From contig CAWJKV010000005.1 of assembly GCA_963843555.1 (NCBI GenBank), positions 192,001 to 256,000 of the forward strand: DNA of 64,000 nucleotides. Direction: 5' to 3'. The position numbers and the translations under genes were made by a program. Of this stretch, positions 60,430 through 64,000 are shown in pieces. This stretch comes from an uncultured Methanosarcinales archaeon. Lineage in GTDB: Archaea; Halobacteriota; Methanosarcinia; Methanotrichales; Methanotrichaceae. The notes under the pieces are model-generated. The model had not been told where the DNA came from. It saw only the letters and a list, made by a program, of their open reading frames with translations, and did not search any database. Position 1 is the first letter of the stretch. Every line of letters begins with the position of its first letter.

Positions 60430-61017
60430 CTATGCCATTCGGCTTCCCCCGGCGGTTCCCGACCATATCCGGCCCTGCGCATCGAAGGCGGTAAAGTTGC
60501 CGGATAGGAAATCATTGTCTGTCGTTAGAATGAACCGATAGAGCGCCGGCTCCTCAGCATTGACCAGATCCAAATAGAGCACATCTTTCACTGTCCGTCC
60601 GCTGGCAGAGACAGCATGGGTGGACCCGGGCAAAGACAGTGTACCGCGCCCGAAGACAGCATCCCGGTTCTGGACGAGTTGCAGCTCAACCGTCCCGGGA
60701 GTTCCGCCCAGGAGATCCAGCTTCCAATTGCCCCGCAGGTCTTCCTGAACCGGGACAAAGGTGCCCAGATACTCCCGGCCGCTGTTTTTATTCAGATATT
60801 CCGCCGTATGCTCCGGATCCAGTGGACGCATCAAGGGATCGATACGCAGCGGATCCATAATGGGATCGATATAGATTCTTTGAGCGTCCATGTTGCTCGT
60901 TCTTCTCATATCATCAGGCAAAGTGAAGATATCACTTGCCAATGGATCGTATTGAGCCTGAGCCTGCGTCAGGCACATCAACAAGGCCGCCCAGGCCACC
61001 AGCATCTTTGCAAACAT
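60430..61017 (-). CDS. Secreted hypothetical protein
   Basis: Signal peptide ending AQA/Q; beta-rich C-terminal domain. Confidence 0.7.
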   Translation of the reverse strand: MFAKMLVAWAALLMCLTQAQAQYDPLASDIFTLPDDMRRTSNMDAQRIYIDPIMDPLRIDPLMRPLDPEHTAEYLNKNSGREYLGTFVPVQEDLRGNWKLDLLGGTPGTVELQLVQNRDAVFGRGTLSLPGSTHAVSASGRTVKDVLYLDLVNAEEPALYRFILTTDNDFLSGNFTAFDAQGRIWSGTAGGSRMA

Positions 61018-61541
61018 TTCATCTAACCCCTATTCACTTATACCCTCGAAGCATAAAAACTGGGCCTTCACATGAGACACATGCAAAATCAACATGATTT
61101 CCAGTAGGCTGATTCAAAGGCGCTTTTTTCAGGATATTCTATATGCTCGATAGCTTCAGCGACAGGCCCGCCCATTTCGACCATAGCCCTGCCCGATACC
61201 ATTGGCCCCCCAACAGTCGTGTCGAAGGGCAGCCTTCCGGCAACTCCTCAGACAGTTTGCCTCGATCTGCTCTGCAGCCCAGGGATTGAGGTCGTGCTTT
61301 GTTTATGCAAGACGGAAGTATCGATGCAGATGTGATCATCCACATAATAGAATCCTCTCCAGATCGTGCTCGTGCTCGACGGTGATGGTGGGCTCTGTAA
61401 CCACCAGAGCGAGATCGATTCAGTGAGTGAGGCTATTACCAGAAGCCGATGCAGAGATATGAATAGCAAAAATATTTAATCGATAATAGCAGTTATTACA
61501 TAATCAAATATGTGAAATATACTCATCAGGAGTGCGTTACG

Positions 61542-61817
61542 ATGGACAAATTTTTGGGCATGGTGGAGGGCGGCAGGTTTTCGATTCTAATGCCCCGCCC
61601 TCAATGTTGCACCGTCAAGCTGACCCGTATAGCCAAACCGGCATCAATAGCGGAAGAGCTGGTGGCATCCCATGAGATAAATTTGGGCGAGTATGAGGGC
61701 AAGGCCATTATGGTGAGCGGTGTTCTTCCCGAGCATAAGGGATGGCTCTACGAGGCGAATGTGATCGACCAGGCCGGTCCCATCCTAACGGAAGTAGTTA
61801 AAGAGGCCTTCAGGTAG
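61542..61817 (+). CDS. Small hypothetical protein
   Basis: MDKFLGMVEGG... with AGGAG RBS upstream. Confidence 0.65.
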   Translation: MDKFLGMVEGGRFSILMPRPQCCTVKLTRIAKPASIAEELVASHEINLGEYEGKAIMVSGVLPEHKGWLYEANVIDQAGPILTEVVKEAFR

Positions 61818-61984
61818 AGCAGCCTTTGGAAGGCAGCAAGCTTTAAATTTTTGATTACAAGTTTATTTTTCTATCACATTGGGAAAAGATGGCGTTTCGA
61901 TTCCTCGCTTATCTGAGTAGGCAATATGATAATAGAGGCCTCTTTGAGTCCTGAAAAATCCTAATAAAAGTCGCTTTTTGGGAA

Positions 61985-62019
61985 TAAAAAAGAAAAAAGT
62001 TGTAGGCTTTTGGCCTACA
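61985..62019 (-). terminator. mcr operon terminator
   Basis: TGTAGGC/GCCTACA stem overlapping the mcrA stop, followed by oligo-T tracts on the minus strand. Confidence 0.7.
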
Positions 62020-63718
62020 CTGCTGGCATGACCAGGGATCTCTCGCCTGCAGCACGGAACTCGCGGGCTCCACCCTTGCCGAAGCAAGCGCGGACATCTG
62101 CCCAGTCGAATACCATGCCGGGGTTGGCGAAGCATACCTTGATCAATGGGTTGCATGCGAAGGCGTCCATGCGGCCGGCGTGTGCGGCGCTGGAGATGCC
62201 TGCGTACTCGCCCTGGTGACCTACGTTCATAGCGTAGTTGGGGTAGTTAGCGCCCCTCAGCTCAACGGGGTTGCCCTCGTCTGACTGGTAGGAGAATACG
62301 TTGGTTGGACCGCATTGATCCTGCAGGTCGTAGCCGAAGAAGCCCAGGCGTCCCCAGCCTTCCTTATGCAGGAGCATGCTGAGATACCAGCCGGCGAGAC
62401 CGATCTGGCTGTGGCCTGTGGCGATGGCTGCGGTGATACCGGCAGAGGCTGCCAGAACGGAAGCCCTCTGGGATCCACCGAAGTGATCCTCGAGCAGAGT
62501 CGGGAACTCTTCGTACTGCTCCATGCCGTAGGCGTTGACCTCAGTGGCCAGCTCTTTGGCTACATCCATGGTCTTGGGTGCCTTGGCGAATCCTCCAAAC
62601 TTGTCTGCGGCGAAGTCGACGCCGTAGTAGCAGAAGTCGTCCAGGACATCGTTGGTGTAGGCGGCAGTGGCGTACTGTGTGAATCCGACACCGCCGGACA
62701 TGTAGCTTCCCAGCCAGATCTGATCGTAGAGAGCAGCGCCTGCGGCGACTACGTTCAGGGAGACCTTCACTGGGTCGGCTGCAGCTGTTCTGGAGGTCTG
62801 GATCATATCAGCCAGGAATCCGAAGGAGAGACCGCCGGGGTTGTTGGGGCCGCGGGCGCGGCGAGCGGGCAGCATCTCGGACATCTGCAGAACGGCAGCG
62901 TGCTTGGCAGCGTAGGCCAGATCAGCCACAGCGGCCTCACCGGCGCACATGTTGTAGGCGTCGATGAAGGTCATGCACAGCTGCATAGCGCTCCACCTGG
63001 AGGTGGTGCCGCCGTCGCAGGATCTGACTACGATGGTTGGGACGTGAATGGCCTGCCAGGTTGTCTTGCCGATAGCGGCCTTGAGTGACTCGGCCTGCTC
63101 GGCTGGGAATACCTTATTGATGTCGATCAGGTATTGCGCGTCAATCTCATCTGCCAGGGCATCGTCGCCGGTGAAGACACGAACGTTGCAGTCATCTACG
63201 AGGCCAGGGTGAGTCTCGACCATGTGCTCCTGAACCACGGCTGCGCCGGGCATGGCATGGTTGAGGATCTCGAGGTAGTTGTTGATGGTCTCGGGTGTGA
63301 CTTCCTTGCCGAGGCGCTTTTGCAAAACCTCGTGGGCCATATCCAGACCGACCACAATGGTCCTCCTGATATCATCCCACATCTGCTGAATGGCTGGATT
63401 GTTGACGAAGTGCAGATCGTCGCCCTCTACTACATACTCAGTTCCGGAGAGCTTGTAGGGTACGAGCTGCCTCTGTCCCAGGGGAATGCCGCCAGCGTGT
63501 ACATAGGGGTTGTAGCCGGTCATGCCGCGCTTGCCCGCTACCTTGCCAGCGTACTCCATGAACTCCCTCTTGCGGGCGTTCTGCTCAGGGCCAAGTCTCA
63601 AATACGCTGTTGTCTGGCCCTCAAGTTTCGAATCCTTAAGCCCGGTAACCTTGGTCTCGGTCGCGAACTTCTTTTCCAGTGCCTTGATGAATAGTTTCTT
63701 GGTGTGTTTAACTGCCAT
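62015..63718 (-). CDS. mcrA: Methyl-coenzyme M reductase alpha subunit
   Basis: [51 protein letters not shown] and NYAMNVGHQ motifs. Confidence 0.99.
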   Translation of the reverse strand: MAVKHTKKLFIKALEKKFATETKVTGLKDSKLEGQTTAYLRLGPEQNARKREFMEYAGKVAGKRGMTGYNPYVHAGGIPLGQRQLVPYKLSGTEYVVEGDDLHFVNNPAIQQMWDDIRRTIVVGLDMAHEVLQKRLGKEVTPETINNYLEILNHAMPGAAVVQEHMVETHPGLVDDCNVRVFTGDDALADEIDAQYLIDINKVFPAEQAESLKAAIGKTTWQAIHVPTIVVRSCDGGTTSRWSAMQLCMTFIDAYNMCAGEAAVADLAYAAKHAAVLQMSEMLPARRARGPNNPGGLSFGFLADMIQTSRTAAADPVKVSLNVVAAGAALYDQIWLGSYMSGGVGFTQYATAAYTNDVLDDFCYYGVDFAADKFGGFAKAPKTMDVAKELATEVNAYGMEQYEEFPTLLEDHFGGSQRASVLAASAGITAAIATGHSQIGLAGWYLSMLLHKEGWGRLGFFGYDLQDQCGPTNVFSYQSDEGNPVELRGANYPNYAMNVGHQGEYAGISSAAHAGRMDAFACNPLIKVCFANPGMVFDWADVRACFGKGGAREFRAAGERSLVMPAV

Positions 63719-63735
63719 TTTATATCACCCCACCT

Positions 63736-64000
63736 TTACTCCGGCCTGAATCCCCATTTGCTGCGCAGCTCCCACATGTGGTGCAGAGCCTCGACTGCCT
63801 CGTCGTACTTCCTGGCGCCGACCTTTCCGCACATGGGAATGCCGTCCGCCCTGAAGATGGTGGTTCTCTTCTTGGCCTCAGCCTCGGTCATGGGCTTGCC
63901 GAGGTTGATCTTCCTATCCAATGGGATACCGACCTGGTCCTTGATAGCGTAGACGTTTCCGTCCTTGCCCATCTCTGTTCTGGACAGCATATCGAACTGC
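63736..64000 (-). CDS. mcrG: Methyl-coenzyme M reductase gamma subunit (3' part)
   Basis: FDMLSR...KDQVGIPLD..I.LGKP...RTTIFR.D; lies directly upstream of mcrA. Confidence 0.95.
   Translation of the reverse strand, partial: QFDMLSRTEMGKDGNVYAIKDQVGIPLDRKINLGKPMTEAEAKKRTTIFRADGIPMCGKVGARKYDEAVEALHHMWELRSKWGFRPE

Overview
Archaeal chromosome segment from a methanogen. McrA/McrG, Mmp10, AglB, RIO2 and the overall gene content fit Methanothrix/Methanotrichaceae; this is an inference, not a database result. Core genes: HEAT-repeat protein, aglB, family-4 UDG, NDP-sugar synthase, isocitrate/isopropylmalate dehydrogenase, rio2, DUF460, trpDFEGC, SelB-like factor, IMPase + NAD kinase, tRNA-Val(TAC), tRNA-Glu(CTC), nth, an Lrp-MgtE/CBS-Nramp-CorA divalent-metal operon, smc-scpA and scpB, mmp10 plus a SPASM radical SAM, and mcrG(partial)-mcrA. 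There are three accessory zones. (1) 13.6-15.5 kb is a tandem array of degenerate ~370-bp GC-rich, hairpin-rich non-coding repeats with a hicAB cassette inside; this is the most unusual signal in the window. (2) 28.3-36.2 kb, after tRNA-Glu, holds broken genes, an ABC exporter, a wHTH + DUF6036 nucleotidyltransferase pair and a secreted alpha/beta hydrolase. (3) 41.8-50.1 kb lies between scpA and scpB and holds an RNase J-like gene, a beta/gamma-crystallin pseudogene, an IS200/IS605 remnant, a methyltransferase, a C39/VIT chimera, a bacterial-type arylsulfatase and orphan palindromes. Many single-base indels break otherwise intact genes, most likely long-read consensus errors. All family calls are from motif recognition only.
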